This document shows positions 38,231 to 50,790 of a stretch of DNA of 64,000 nt, one piece after another. The translations under genes were made by a program, and so were the position numbers. The DNA is from Takakia lepidozioides (lineage: Eukaryota > Plantae > Bryophyta): assembly GCA_030704615.1 (NCBI GenBank), contig CM060733.1, positions 19,716,001 through 19,780,000 on the forward strand. Reading direction: 5' to 3'. Within the stretch, counting starts at the first letter, position 1, and every line of letters begins with the position of its first letter. The notes beneath the pieces are model-generated. The model was given only the letters and a program-made list of their open reading frames with translations, made no database searches and was not told where the DNA came from.

Positions 38231-40276
38231 GGTTCATGTTTCTATTAATTTTGTTGACAACCTTGACACTAGCATGCATCCAATGACTTATGCGCAGTTG
38301 CCACCAATGGATCCAAAGAACTCGGACTTCAATTTTAGTGTACAGATATGCTTTCCACTGGTTTGTACATTAGAATATTAGTTAGACGGCCTTGGGACCT
38401 ACTGCACATTTACAAAGCATAGTATGGCTTGAACTACATGGGATTAAATAGTGAGATGATGGATCAATACAGCAGCCAAGGAGGGGGGTTTCATCTGATT
38501 CATTGCCATTTGTTTGCCCAAGCACACAACCCTGGCACATTGCAGACTAGATTGGCCTTGTAGGTATGGGGGCCCCTTCTTCAGCCACTTTCAGTTGCGG
38601 AGGGTTGATTAAGTTAATGCAGACTGACAATGGTTTTGTGAAGTTCATAGTTGCTTTGCATGCATGCAGCGCACCCAATGTATCTTGAACCTTGAAACAT
38701 TAAACTGTACATTTGGCCATGCTAATCCACCACACTCAACAAAGTATATATGTTCTTAACCGTAATGACAGACAATCTTTTGTTCAAAGACTTGCTCCTT
38801 GACAAAATGATGTTGAATATCCACATGCTTGGTCTGAGCACATGAAAGATTGGGTTTTAATCAAGGCAAGGCTACCTTGATTAGATTGCTCTTGATAGAG
38901 CTTGCATTTTTTTTTGTTGAAGTTAAACTTGTTCAAGATCCGCAACCACATTGCCTACTTCGCAGCTTGGACAGCTGTCATGTATTCAACTTTTGTAGTT
39001 GACACAACAACTATAGGTTGTTTTTTACTATTCTAGCTCAGTGTGCCACTGCCCAAAGTAAGGATATTAGCTATGGTGGACTGTCTTTAAGAAAGATTTA
39101 AAGAAAATGACTCATCCCGTAGGAAGCGTAAATTATGTCGTCACTAGGTGACGAACCAGTCTAATTTGTCCATGGGATTGAGAAGTCATATTCTTTTCCG
39201 AAGGGAAGCATATCATGTTAACATGAATTTTTTGGCCAATAGCACACCATGAAGCTAGTGCTAAAGAGGGATCCTGTGATCAGCTACTTCAGATTGATGG
39301 CATGTTCGAAGGATAGTGGACACAAACATGGTTGGTTTGTGTAAGCAATGAAAATGGTTTAGTTTTGGTTTGAATGGCTCCCAGAGGTAGTGGTTGCACC
39401 AGAGATCACGGTGACACTTGACTTTCACATTAGAAGACGATGAGTAGTACCCTAGCTTCAATATACAAACACGCAATGTACACATACACAAGTATCACTT
39501 ACATATCCATTCTTGCTTGCTTAAATACATATAGTTCAATTTTAGCTATTTCTATTTGAACTCTAGTTGACAGCTGACATTATTACTAAGGCTATTCTGA
39601 AACCAAAGTTAGAACGGTGGGGAATGCAGCTAGGGTCAAGTGAACATTGAAAGTTCAGGAAGTCAGAGTGTTGGAGTATTTGTGCACTTCAGGGTAAGTT
39701 GTGCTCCTTAAATAGCAAGTTGGACACTTATATGCACATATGTTAGTCATGGTCAACATGTAATTTTCGCCTGTTCTTAGAAAGAACAAAAGAAGATTTT
39801 GATTCTACTTAAACATTGTACATTGTACGTTAAGTTCTGGTGAGGGTAGCAGTTACTTTTGTATATATTCAAGGATAACTGTTACCTCTTATAATGTTCA
39901 CTCGCATCTCGCATCACGCATCACGTCATTTTGTGCAACCTAGGGCAAAGAGAGTGACAAATTATCATATATTTTTACATTGTCACATATCCATAGTGGA
40001 CTCACAAAAGGTTAATTAAAAAGTCAAGATAATGATAATTAAGAATAAAATGAATGAAGCATTACTTTGGCCACATTGAATCACTATACACCCTTCCTTC
40101 ATGTCCAGTGGGCAGTTTTAAGAACTTTGCCACCAAATTCTTTATTCAGCAATGTCATGGTTTTGTTTGTGATTAGTTAGAAATAGTAGTTATTTCTAAC
40201 TAATTAGGACATTATTCATTTATATTTGTATTTTGTTGGCATTGGGACTTCATTTGGTTCCATGTGCCAAGGGAGG

Positions 40277-41390
40277 TGACGAACCTCACTTGGGACGTGA
40301 GAAGGTTATCTCCACGTGAGACGTAGGCAGGCTCGTCTTCTTGTAGTCGAGCCTCCGGGGGCCTCTCTCTCGTCGCCATAGCTCTAGTACTTGAGATGGA
40401 GAGTGGGTGAGGTCTGTATGGTGGAGTCCTTTAGCAAAGGTCATATAACGTGATAAAGCGGTTTCTCCTCTTTTCACCATTTCCGTATCACTAGAAGAAG
40501 ACCTGCTTACATCTATGAGTGCAAGGTGTTAGCATAGTTAGCATTTGTATGTGGAAGAGAGCTTGATAGATAGCTCTTAAGTTACAAGATATTGCAGGGT
40601 TTGCAAAAAGAAAACCTTGTGGTATTTATGTACAAGAGGAGGTCTTCAAAGAGAGCCCCATTGAAAAGTTTGAGAGCTTGTGAAGAAGCTCTTGTTCTAC
40701 AAATGTTGTAGGGTTTGAGGAGTTCAAGAAGAGCTCGGGTATTAAGGAAGTAAACGGTGCATGTGTGCAGCATGGTTTCAGCTTGTGGGAGTCTTCAACT
40801 TCAAGCTTAGGAGAGCTATGAGTGGAGGTAGACATCCGATTTCTCTTTGGGTCAAAATAGGGTATTTGTAGAGCATGCTTTGAGTTAGGGTTTCAATCCC
40901 AAGCTTGGGAAGAACATGTCTATGAAAGTGGCAAGTGCAGGGCTGGATTAGGAGCTCCAAGAGGTGCATTATGACCATACAAGGAAGCACTATGAGTGCA
41001 TGCGATGGCTAGAAGAGGGTATGTCATAGAAAGCTCAATAGCTTGTTCTATGCTTGTTTCAATAAGTTCCATAAAGAAAGAGAGCTTGTTGTGTGGCAAA
41101 TAGCTTGCTCAGGGAGTTAGAGGCACTTTTGGTGGTCTATTGATGCTCAAGAAACCAAGAATAGCACCTCTGGTTGCTCCATAGAAGCCATAGCTCATTG
41201 CAGGCAAAGCGGCGCAAACCCTAGCTTGGGAACGCGTGTGAACTCCTTGGGAACTCAAGGGAACGCGTGATAACGCTTGGGAACTCGTAGGAACGCATGG
41301 GACCACGTGGGAAGGATTTGTGCATACATTTGTCCACTTTGTAACCACGGCTTAGAACACTTAGGCATAAGTAGGTGATCCTACCAATAC
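40277..41390 (-). mobile_element. Probable solo or partial LTR of a retrotransposon
   Basis: Begins TGACGAACCTCACTTGG and ends ...ATACA. A TATA-like CTCTACAAATACCC lies on the minus strand near 40870, with internal GGAAC(T/G)C repeats. No TSD was found. A related start, TGTCGCGCACCTCACTTCGG, occurs at 41412. Confidence 0.5.
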
Positions 41391-42311
41391 ATTTTGAACG
41401 AGACTATAGAATGTCGCGCACCTCACTTCGGTAGACTCCCCTTCAAGTCATTACTCGCTTTGATGCGCGCGCATAACTCCCAAACTGGCCGCCGGACCAA
41501 CTCGGAGCTTCGGCTGGAGGTTTACTATTTCATGAGCAGAAACCATGAGCCATGAGCCGCATGAGCTGCATGAGCGCCGAGCCGAAGTCTAAGACACACG
41601 GTTTCCATGAGCGGACTCCTCCAAATTTGGAAATGCTGCAGATTAAAAAAGTATAAAAATAATAGTTTTTTAATTCGACCTTGCCGTTTTTGGAAGTTCC
41701 AGATCCTGTACTGCGGCGAAGATATGTCGTCAGTAACAATTCCGCTCATGGTTTTTTAGATCCGCTCATGGAAATGAGTGACCGTGCAACGAGAAATCCA
41801 GTATACCACATCAAAAGGACGTCGCAAACTGACAAATAGAGTATTCTGCGGTTTTACATGCCTTAACATTGGAATGAAGCTGACCCTTCTGCCGCGATTG
41901 AACCAATAGAGTCTGCACCAATAGAGTTCACAATTCTGTCATCTTCGGGTATTTGGCGGGAAAAGTTTGCGACTCAACTAGGAAATGCGGTGCCGCATTA
42001 GGGTTCGCACGTGCGAAATTTCTGGGGGGTTCGGTGTCGGCGACGGTCAGCTCCATGAAGACTAGATGCGACTATCTTGCTATGACGAAGGCCGCAACTA
42101 CCAGTACCTACGACGTTACTTGGAAATGCGACGCCGCATTTCCTTGCCGGGGGTCGAATGAGGAAAGCAAAGTTTAGGAGAGCAGAAAAAACAGGAACCC
42201 CCCAACAAACAAAAATACAAGCACATGGAAACAGAAGTGAATGATATAGTATTATCTTAGTTCAAGCAAAACACGTTACTCGACATAAGTCGAACCTTTC
42301 TGTGGTCAAAG

Positions 42312-43330
42312 TCAGAGGTACTTGCAGCAGTACAGTTCTACTATAACTGAAACTCCGAAAAGGATGGGCGTAACATTGTGTTGTGGCCCGCAAGCCAAGC
42401 TCACTGGTCCCCTGTATCCATATTCAGAAGAATGTACACCTCTTGGGGGACTCGACCCTAGTGCATGTATGAAGTGATGAGTTGTGGAATTACACCGGAG
42501 TCTCTTTAGGTACACATAGTACAGATGCTTGCAAGGGCAGTATGATGCCCCCTTGTTTGCCATGATTTAGAAGTCGGTGCAATTGCAGGTGGGTAATTTT
42601 GAAATGGTGATGGTGTACACCTCATTGCGAACAGCTGAGCCTGTTGTGGCCATCTGATACACACGCCCGAAGCCTGGTGGGGGCACTTCTGTTGAGCTCT
42701 GGATTGTACAGTTCATCCGAAGTGCATTCCCCATCCTTGTCTCGTTCACTTTTGAGGGAGGTCGCCGCCTCTTCGGTTTCCCCTAACGGTGTGTAGGATG
42801 CTTAGAGTTGTCGCGTCCCATTGTTCTTACACTCATAGGGGTCGGTGGTGGAGGCTGTGGAAGCGGAAATGGTTGTTTGGGGACGTCAGTGCGTTGCACC
42901 ATCCGAAATCCTGCGGCAGTAAGGGCGTCGGCCTCAACCTGACTTAGATCACATCCTGGTTCCACCGGCCATACCGGGGGAGCCTCTGGCATTGGTTGTA
43001 TGCTGTACTTGGGCTTTCCACACACGCAAGTCATAATATCGTGCTTGCAGAACCAGAACTGGGTAGTTGTCACCTCCGCAAACTTTGCATGGACAAATCT
43101 TCCTGTAAAAGTAGGAGCAGGGACAACCCCATCAGGATTCCTCCTTATCATCTCTAAACAACTTTGCCGTGTATCCACTCGAATTGCGGAACACTTGCCT
43201 CAAAACACCAGCCTTGTGCGAGCAATTCTCCACTGTGACGCAGACATCCTCATAGAAATGTGGTGGGTAACTACTTGTTTCCCCCTCAATTGGTGTTGCT
43301 GATACTGCACCACAGTAGATACCTTCATAG
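42312..43330 (-). pseudogene. SWIM zinc-finger protein gene, 5'-truncated by the gypsy insertion
   Basis: VYTITISKLPTCNCTDF*...YCPCKHLYYVY matches the SWIM CxC-xn-CxH pattern. Upstream Cys-rich segments include FWFCKHDIMTCV. In-frame stops are present. Confidence 0.75.
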
Positions 43331-43334
43331 CAAC

Positions 43335-46300
43335 TCAAGCCTCCCAGTTGCAATTCTGCAACTTGCTCCCACTCTGGGTGTGCAGCAAACAGTGTAGCTT
43401 CATGCTCCTCATCAAGTCCTCCCCTCCAGTCACACTCTCTGACTCCACGAGGTCTTCTGTAGCAGGTAGTCTACTAGATTTCTTAGTGGTGACCTTTATC
43501 TTGTGCTTCCCATCATGCACAGTCGGTAACTGGGAATTCCAGTCATGGAATACCCTGGCCTATTTCAGCCATGGTCGACCCAGCAATAAGGAGTAAGCTT
43601 CCATGACATCATCCATTTTCAACACAGTCACTGTGATCTTAAAGATCATCTTCTGAATTTGAATCTTAACTCCTCTTATCAAGCCTAATGGCTCTACACT
43701 CATTTGATCTACCATTGTTACTGTGAATGGGGCTGGTTTCATGTTACTTAGACCAAGCTTCTGCCTTAATTGGTCTGTCATAATATTCACTCCTGAGCCT
43801 CCATCTATCAGTACATCAGTCAAGTTTGTGCTTCCAATTCTCAATTGGATTATGGCATAGAATCATCAAAGTCCATAACTGTTTCTCGCCCTTCAGGCTT
43901 CACATTATAACTTGTCACCTTGATGTTCAGGTCTGCGTTTGCTGTCACATGAGCAATCTGATTGATTGATTGATACAGCCTGTGTCTACAATGAGGTGCT
44001 ACAACCAATAGCTGTCCAATGGTAATCTCAGCTTTGGACTGGCATATTACTTCAGCCAAAGTCCCTTCATTACCCTGCACCAATACAGCTTCTTGCTTCA
44101 CTTCATCTTCACCCTCTTCATCTTCCCCATCAGAGTCAGAAGAGTTTGCCATAGGGCTATCAGTGTCATTGTGCATTTTCCTTATGGTATCAACCACTTC
44201 CTTGTGCAGTTCCTTCTCATCTCTCCAAGCCTCATCATCTTCAGGCACATCATTGCCATCTTCATTAACATCTTCTTCCTCATCCACTGGAGGTATTAGT
44301 TTAGCTTTGCTTCTGATAACTATCATTGTACTTACTTCCGGAACAAAATATGGCCTAACCATGTGAGCTGCCACTACTGGGCCCTCATTCACAGGAGCTC
44401 TCATCTCATTTTGGTGTCTGATCCAGAATGGACAGGCTGCTTTGCGATGAAATGAAACTGTGTTTCATGCTTTCATACATTTTGCCTTAATTGTTGTAAA
44501 CTCCCATACACTTCATCCTCAGTTTTGCTTGTCCTGAACCTATTCCAGAATGTTGTACTAAGGCCATTCCAGGTTTTGAAATGATTATTAGGAAATTTTA
44601 CATACCATTGACTTGCTTTCTTGATAAGTGAACAGGGAAATAGTCTCATCTTGGCATCATTGCCATTCTCATTGTTCACAATACACATATGCTCAAATTG
44701 GCTGATGTGTACATCAGGATCCCCTTTTCCTGCATATATTGGGAAAGGTGGTTTTGCCCGTGTTGGAGGTACCGCCATCTGTGGCCCTACACCCTGCCCT
44801 CTGACAAGTGTTGGTCCTCATGTTGATGCTGGTCCTTGAGGACCTACTGTTGTAATGGTGGAACTCCCACCAGGTATTGGCCCCTGAGCACTCCCTGCCA
44901 CTGGCCCCTCTGTACTTACAATATTCCTAGCTATAGTTGCACTACTTTCCACACTCCCTGTCCCCCCAGAGCCAGATCCAAGCTGCCCGCCTGATCCCCC
45001 TGAGCCTACACTTTTTGTTGCCCTGTGATCCAAGTGTTCCACTTGATCCAGGTCCAACAGGTTGGGATGTCCTGGTTGTAGTCTCAACCTCAACTATTGG
45101 GTCTACCTCTTCATACCCTTCATCTTCTAGTTCTTCTCTCTGTTTTCATATTCCAAGCTCTTCTCTTGGATTTCCTCTTCCTCACTCATATAACTCCACT
45201 GCAGTGGTGTTGGAGAGTCTGAACTCTCCGTTGGCTCTGCCACATTATCCTCTCTTTCTTTGTCTTGTGCTTCAGAAACTGGAGTTCCTGCTTTTGGTGT
45301 CCCATACCAACTCTGATCAAAGATTTTGTCAAATTTTTAATCCAAGGATGTACCTCAGATCTTTCCCCTTGTGGTTGATCTTTTTCCTCTACCAAATCCC
45401 TTAATCTTTCTTGTAAAGAATAAGGAGTGGCATCCAACTCTGGTTCTTCCGGTATGGGTGATGTTTCTGATCTTAATGGTGTGAGAGGTCCAGATGATTC
45501 TCCTATGTCTATTCCTCTCTCCCAAAGATATGGATAATTAGCTTTCAAATAACTTTCCCTTTTCGCTGAATATCTGTGGAGTCTAGCTTCTCTTTCATCA
45601 CTCATGTCCCATGTCTTTCATATCTTTAATGAGGCAATAACCAAAACTCTCTTCTGTAGTATCTCTCGTATATGCCTAGATTTATTTCAAGCTTCAATGC
45701 ACCCTTGGCCATACTAGAAGTCTCCGTTACCATATAACCATATGGCAAACACATCTGAAAAGTTGTTCTTGGTGTAAGTTAGATCCACAATATATCCTTA
45801 GGAATCCAATTCTTTACCAGTACAAGTTCTTCATGCATATGAGTGTAAACATTCACTTTCCGTTCCTCCCAGCTTTCAAACTCTATTCGCTTAATGGATA
45901 ACAATGCTATCACATGAACCAGTGTTGGTAACCAACTTGCTCTCCCTCTACAGGCCACTTGATAGATCTTTATCACTCATTTCTCCAGACCCCACTCTGG
46001 ATCAGCATCAAACACTCTCTTAAGAATGTTTTCCTTGCAACCGTCTGGCAATTCCAAGAACCTCTGAAAGAATGTTTGGACAATCTTTTTTTCTCGGTTC
46101 CATAGGGAATTTGATTCATATCAAATTCTTTAATTCTCCAACCACCATGATCCCACCAGATGCCTGTCACATCTGGTTGTTCTTGACCCAGTTCCCCAGT
46201 ATGGTGGCCAAATGTCAAGCGGCTTTTACTCATCCATCCCTTCGCTATCCGAGGTGGGAACTCCAAGATAGAAGAGTTGGATATCTCTAAGCACTCAGCC

Positions 46301-47330
46301 CGCTCAGAACAATCAGTCATGACCTACAACTAGTGTATCATGGAAGTGCTTCTTGTTTGTATTCTTTCTTGCCTTCATGTCAGCGAATTACCTTACTGTT
46401 TATATTTAAGCATCAGATTGCTTCAGCAATCTACCATGTTCCAATTGTTCATCCAGTCATTCCACAACTTCACTCAGGTCTCTCTACACAGTGTGAGTAT
46501 GGAACGTGTATCATATTAAGATCTATCAAGTATCAGGCCGAAGCCATGATGTCTCTAATCTGCTCTACAGTACATCTCTACAGCTTGCATTCATCAAGCA
46601 TCAACAGATCGGGTCTCCTCCATCACAGTGCTCTCCATCTCCCTGTTCAAGATCGTCCTTCTCTCCCTGATGACCAAGTCGTGATGCCCAAGAAGTGTCC
46701 TTCCCGAAGTGATCTAAGAAGTAGTGTCCCTCCATGTTGCTACTCTGCCTAATCTATCTGCAAGCTGTTCTAACCGCCTAACTAATTAACTGTCATCCAA
46801 GAAAAAAATACGTTCCCTCTGCAGATGTCGTTCCCACACAGTCGTTCCCTGCCAATGATAACCGTTCCCTATGTATGCTGTGACGGGCTGTGCCAAGCTG
46901 TATCGGGTTGTGACTGTGCCGAGCTGTGACTGGCTGTGTCAAGCTGTGACTAGCTGTGTCGGTTGTGACTGACAGCGTCAGGTTGTGTCGGGCTGTATCG
47001 TGCTGTGATAAACTGTGATAGGCTGTGTCGGGCTGTGTCGTGCTGTGATAGACTGTGATAGGCTGTGACAAGCTGTGTACGACTGTGTCAAGCTGTCAGG
47101 CTGTGTTAGGCTGTGATAAACTGTGTAAGGTCATAACTGACTGTGTGAGCCTGTCTACCACCCCTAAGGTCTGTGTCTGTCACCCCTAAGGCCTCTGTTG
47201 GTCTAAGTCTACCATCCGTAAGTCTGCACAAAAATTAAGGGTACCCCACAGAACCCGTAAAAGTGTCTAAGTCCTAGACAGCCCTCTAACAAGCATTTTC
47301 AGTGACCCTGCAAGGCACACTCTCCAGTTT
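43335..47330 (-). mobile_element. Truncated Ty3/Gypsy retrotransposon: gag and aspartic protease, with a 5' region containing (GCTGTG) repeats
   Basis: Retrotrans_gag: PFPIYAGKGDPDVHISQF...MRLFPCSLIKKASQWY. Protease: VLIDGGSGVNIM...YSLLLGRPWLK. GCTGTGA/GCTGTGT short repeats at 46877-47140. Confidence 0.85.
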
Positions 47331-47399
47331 AGTCCACTGAAGCACGAAAACAAAACTGATTGGAAACCGAAATGCGGCACCGCATTTCAGATGTGCTTG

Positions 47400-48800
47400 G
47401 GAGGGTAGGAGAATCTTTCGGGTTGAGGTCCGCCATGACATTCTTGAGCAGGGAGGGGTCTTTCACCTTCACCTTGAGGATGACACACTCCACCATGTAA
47501 TGCCAGCCAATATGCTTGGCATGGTTCTGCTTGATGTACTCCCACCAGGCAAGAAGTCGGTGGTTCCCATCCCACACAAAAAACATTTTGTCCGACATAT
47601 GGCCGAAGTCTGGATCACCCTTCAGCATTGTCTCAAATTCATCATTGTAAATGTGTCAGTGGGTATCCCATGCTAACAATTCATCCGCAGTGGGTCCTCG
47701 AGTTTTGCCGTCTTCATTCCCAATGGAAACATAGAAGGCTGTCGAACCTAGACGATACCCTTCTTGAAATGCAAACTTGAGCTTATCGACATCTCCTGGA
47801 AGAGCCTGCCTGAGAATGGGAAGGGAGACCATGCGACAGAGTGGAATTCAAAGAGTCCGCTGGAATATCTTGCTGCCCAGAACTATGCCAATGCTATTTG
47901 TTGTCTCCTCCAACATTGTATCCGCTGCTCTTTGGAATTCCTCTGGAGACATTTTTGCAGGTGGCGGTAGGGGCTGAGCAGCTGGAGCATCCCCAACTGC
48001 AGCTGTACTCTGGGAATCTTTGCGGGCAATTCTTGCATTGTAGAGGCCTCCTCCGGGCCTGCAGTATTCTGAAGTTCTTCCTCAACGGTGGTGAAGTTCT
48101 ACTGCGAACGTTGAGCAGCAACACCTTCCTCCGCTGATAGATCGATAAAATCGGTCGATCTCGTTGCCTTTGCTGCAGCAGAGATGCCCCCAACATCACC
48201 TGCCTGGAAATCAAGCAGGAACTGGGCTTCAGCTCGTGGAATCGGTTTTGCGGGAGACTGCTCCGCCCTCCCCCTGATTGTCTTCTGCTTCTTGATTCTT
48301 GCAGGTGAAGGTGTCTACTGCATTTGAATGTGCACTGCACCCTTCTGCTTCACTCTCTTGGGGGGGGGGGGGGAACGGCTTGGTCCGGTTCATAAACCAG
48401 TTCAAGGACGGGCTGCTTCTTCTTCGTCTTTGCTGGAGAAGGGCCCGACCCCTGTTGACGATTCTCCATGACCTTCAAACGTGAGTCTTTCTCTGGGGTT
48501 TTGAACTGCAAAGACTTGTCTTTCCAAGCCGCGTCCTTGAAACACACAGGGCTAGGCCCAACATGAAGACCCGTGCTCATGGATCGGCTGGGTGTGCATG
48601 CTGCAGCTAGCTCCATGGATTCTTCCTACGGCTCTTCGGATTCCTGCAATCCCTCCACCACCTCCACCTTTCGAATTAGGCATGCAAACATCTTCTGCAT
48701 TCAAGGGTCCTATCATACAGTCTAAGAATTGCACAACAAAAATGAGGGAGGGTTTCGGTGCTCGATCAACTGTGCGCATCCTGATAGCACGGAGCTCTCA
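47400..48800 (-). pseudogene. ParB/Sulfiredoxin-like domain gene, degenerate
   Basis: EGYRLGSTAFYVS...KMFFVWDGNHRLLAW matches the hhhhDGxHR motif of the ParB/Srx fold. The upstream region is charged and low-complexity, with stops and frameshifts. Confidence 0.6.
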
Positions 48801-49222
48801 CTAGGTTGTCTGTGTTGCCTGCTGTTGCGAGATGACCATCTCGTCCTGAAGACGCATCTGCTTCCTCCCCTTCGGCATTGGGCCTACGTCCAAAGTACAA
48901 CTTGCGGAGCTTGCGACGATGTCTCTTCTCTGGTGCACGAACTTCCTCCCTCTCAGGTTGGAGCATAAGAAGAACACAGACACGGAAAATGGGCGAAGAG
49001 TGCAGATGGAAAGGGCGCGAGAGGGGTGACTGAGTAGACACGACAAATGAAAATGAAACGGCGGTGATGCACCACTTGAGTTCGAAAGGCTGGGATGGAA
49101 GTATCTCCTTGTGGACTATGCGTCGTTACAAAATTCGAATCGTCAAAGGTACGCCTGCCGTCCGCCAAACAAACATCATTAACCAACGGTCAGGCCGCGC
49201 AGCCAGCATGAGTGCAAACATC

Positions 49223-49845
49223 AAAATGCGGAGCCGCATTTCCGTTGGTCCACGTGTTCACATATCATAGCATTTGCGTCCCAACGTCTCATGAGTTAGA
49301 GTGAAAACGGAAATGTGGCGCCGCATTTCCGTTAAGGCAACTTTGAGTTACATCCCGAACGGAAATGTGGTTTCATGCCTAACATGCAAAACGGAAATGC
49401 GGCGCCGCATTTCCGTTCTGGAAAGTCGGAAGGTACGACTCGGACGGAAATGCGATGCCGCATTTCAGTTGCAGTGTTTTATGATTTACAATCAGAAAGG
49501 ATATGCGGCACCGCATTTCCATTCCACTGTTACATACCTTACTTGTTGGACGGAAATGCGGCACCGCATTTCCGTTCTGGAGAGTATAAAGGTTTCCCAT
49601 GGATGGAAATGTGGTGCCGCATTTCTGTCTTACTGCTACATGCCTGAGATGCAAAACGGAAATGCGGCGCTGCATTTCAGTTCTTGAAAGTCAGAAGGTA
49701 CGACTCGGACGGAAATGCGGTGCCACATTTCAATTGCAGTGTTTCATGATTTACAATCAGAAAGCATATGCGGCACCGCATTTCCGTTCCACTATTACAT
49801 ACCTTACTTGTTGGACGGAAATGCGGCACCACATTTCCGTTTTCG
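49223..49845. repeat. Array of 22-bp palindromes GGAAATGCGGCACCGCATTTCC at exact 53-bp period (265-bp higher-order unit)
   Basis: Copies start at 49393, 49446, 49499, 49552, 49605, 49658, 49711, 49764 and 49817, with extra copies at ~49223 and 49309. Confidence 0.95.
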
Positions 49846-49869
49846 ACATAATCATCCATTTCCGTACAT

Positions 49870-50045
49870 AAATCCATTTATATCATCCATATTTGGCGAA
49901 TTCATCCCTAATTTATTTTTCATTTGGAGAAATTTGGCGATTTCATCCATGAAAAAACAGGGAATTTGTGACATAACCTTCATTTTATTTTTATTTTTTC
50001 TGAGGTCGAAATTTGGCGAAAAATCGCCAGCAAAAAAAACGCTAC
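49870..50045. mobile_element. Probable MITE fragment
   Basis: AT-rich, with repeated AATTTGGCGA and an end of GAAATTTGGCGAAAAATCGCCAGCAAAAAAAACGCT. Unrelated to its flanks. Confidence 0.45.
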
Positions 50046-50134
50046 CCTGTAGTGGATGCGTGGCTCAACCGCATGACTTGGTGGTTCCAGGTAATTCAAG
50101 GTACTTCCCCCAATTTGTTTTGCTGGAATGAATT

Positions 50135-50790
50135 TCATGAATTGCTACGTGACAATGCATGTTGAAAACGCAGGTAATGACAAATGCGAAGGAGCAAGTC
50201 ATAATGCATACAAATTCGTTTGGCTTGTATGTGAAATGGGATGGAACACAGACATTGGAAGACTACGTAACACGTTTCAGATGTGCGTACAATGACAACC
50301 TCTTTGCCAGGGAGCTGCAGACAACAAGAAGGAGCGTGGAGTTTACACATCAGGAGGGGGCGGGAAAAGCTGCAATGCGAATTGTATACAGGTGAAGCCC
50401 AGCTCCCGTTGTATGCAAAAGCTGGGTTATGAGGTTTGCCTGGGAAATGCGGCACCGCATTCGTACTTTACGTTTTCAGTTGCACTCTGCGAATACATTG
50501 GTCATAACTTGTACTCACGCATGCTGACTTTCTTGCAGGTATATAAAATATGTGCTTCTCAAGACAGGGGCCCCGACTCAAGAACCCCCGTTCTTCATGG
50601 CTTGGACCGTGGCGGGCCCAAGTTGTGTCTACACACCAGAGACGCAGAAACAATGACATGCCGCGCATCTCATTGGATGCCCGTGGTACCTGGACATGTC
50701 TAGTGGATTTGTTGACGAATCAGAGAAAGATCTACACACGAAAGCAGAGGAGAAGAGAAAGGAAAGATGTATCCCTGCTAGGCCTGAGTC
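50135..50790 (+). pseudogene. Upstream exons of an unknown TE gene, inferred to be the N-terminal part of the methyltransferase gene continuing at 8529
   Basis: Exon ...AAMRIVY, a GT-AG intron at ~50392-50538 that contains the element's palindrome, then exon RYIKYVLLK...KERCIPARPES with one TGA. The frame continues as KDAAALQQSRKAVEMTQK at 8529. Confidence 0.6.

Larger units (their letters stand above)
41520..50790. mobile_element. Large unclassified element (SWIM, ParB-like and methyltransferase genes, GGAAATGCGGCACCGCATTTCC palindromes); its continuation lies at 8529-~10350
   Basis: The same palindrome occurs at 41981, 42122, 47369, 49223-49838 and 50443. CATGAGC/GCTCATG repeats lie at 41531-41770. 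No transposase or TIR pair was identified. Confidence 0.6.

Noticed and set aside
49393-49838. CRISPR-like array (palindromic repeat with fixed-length spacers)
   Set aside because: The context is eukaryotic with no cas genes. The spacers are related to each other and repeat as a 265-bp unit, so they are not independently acquired.
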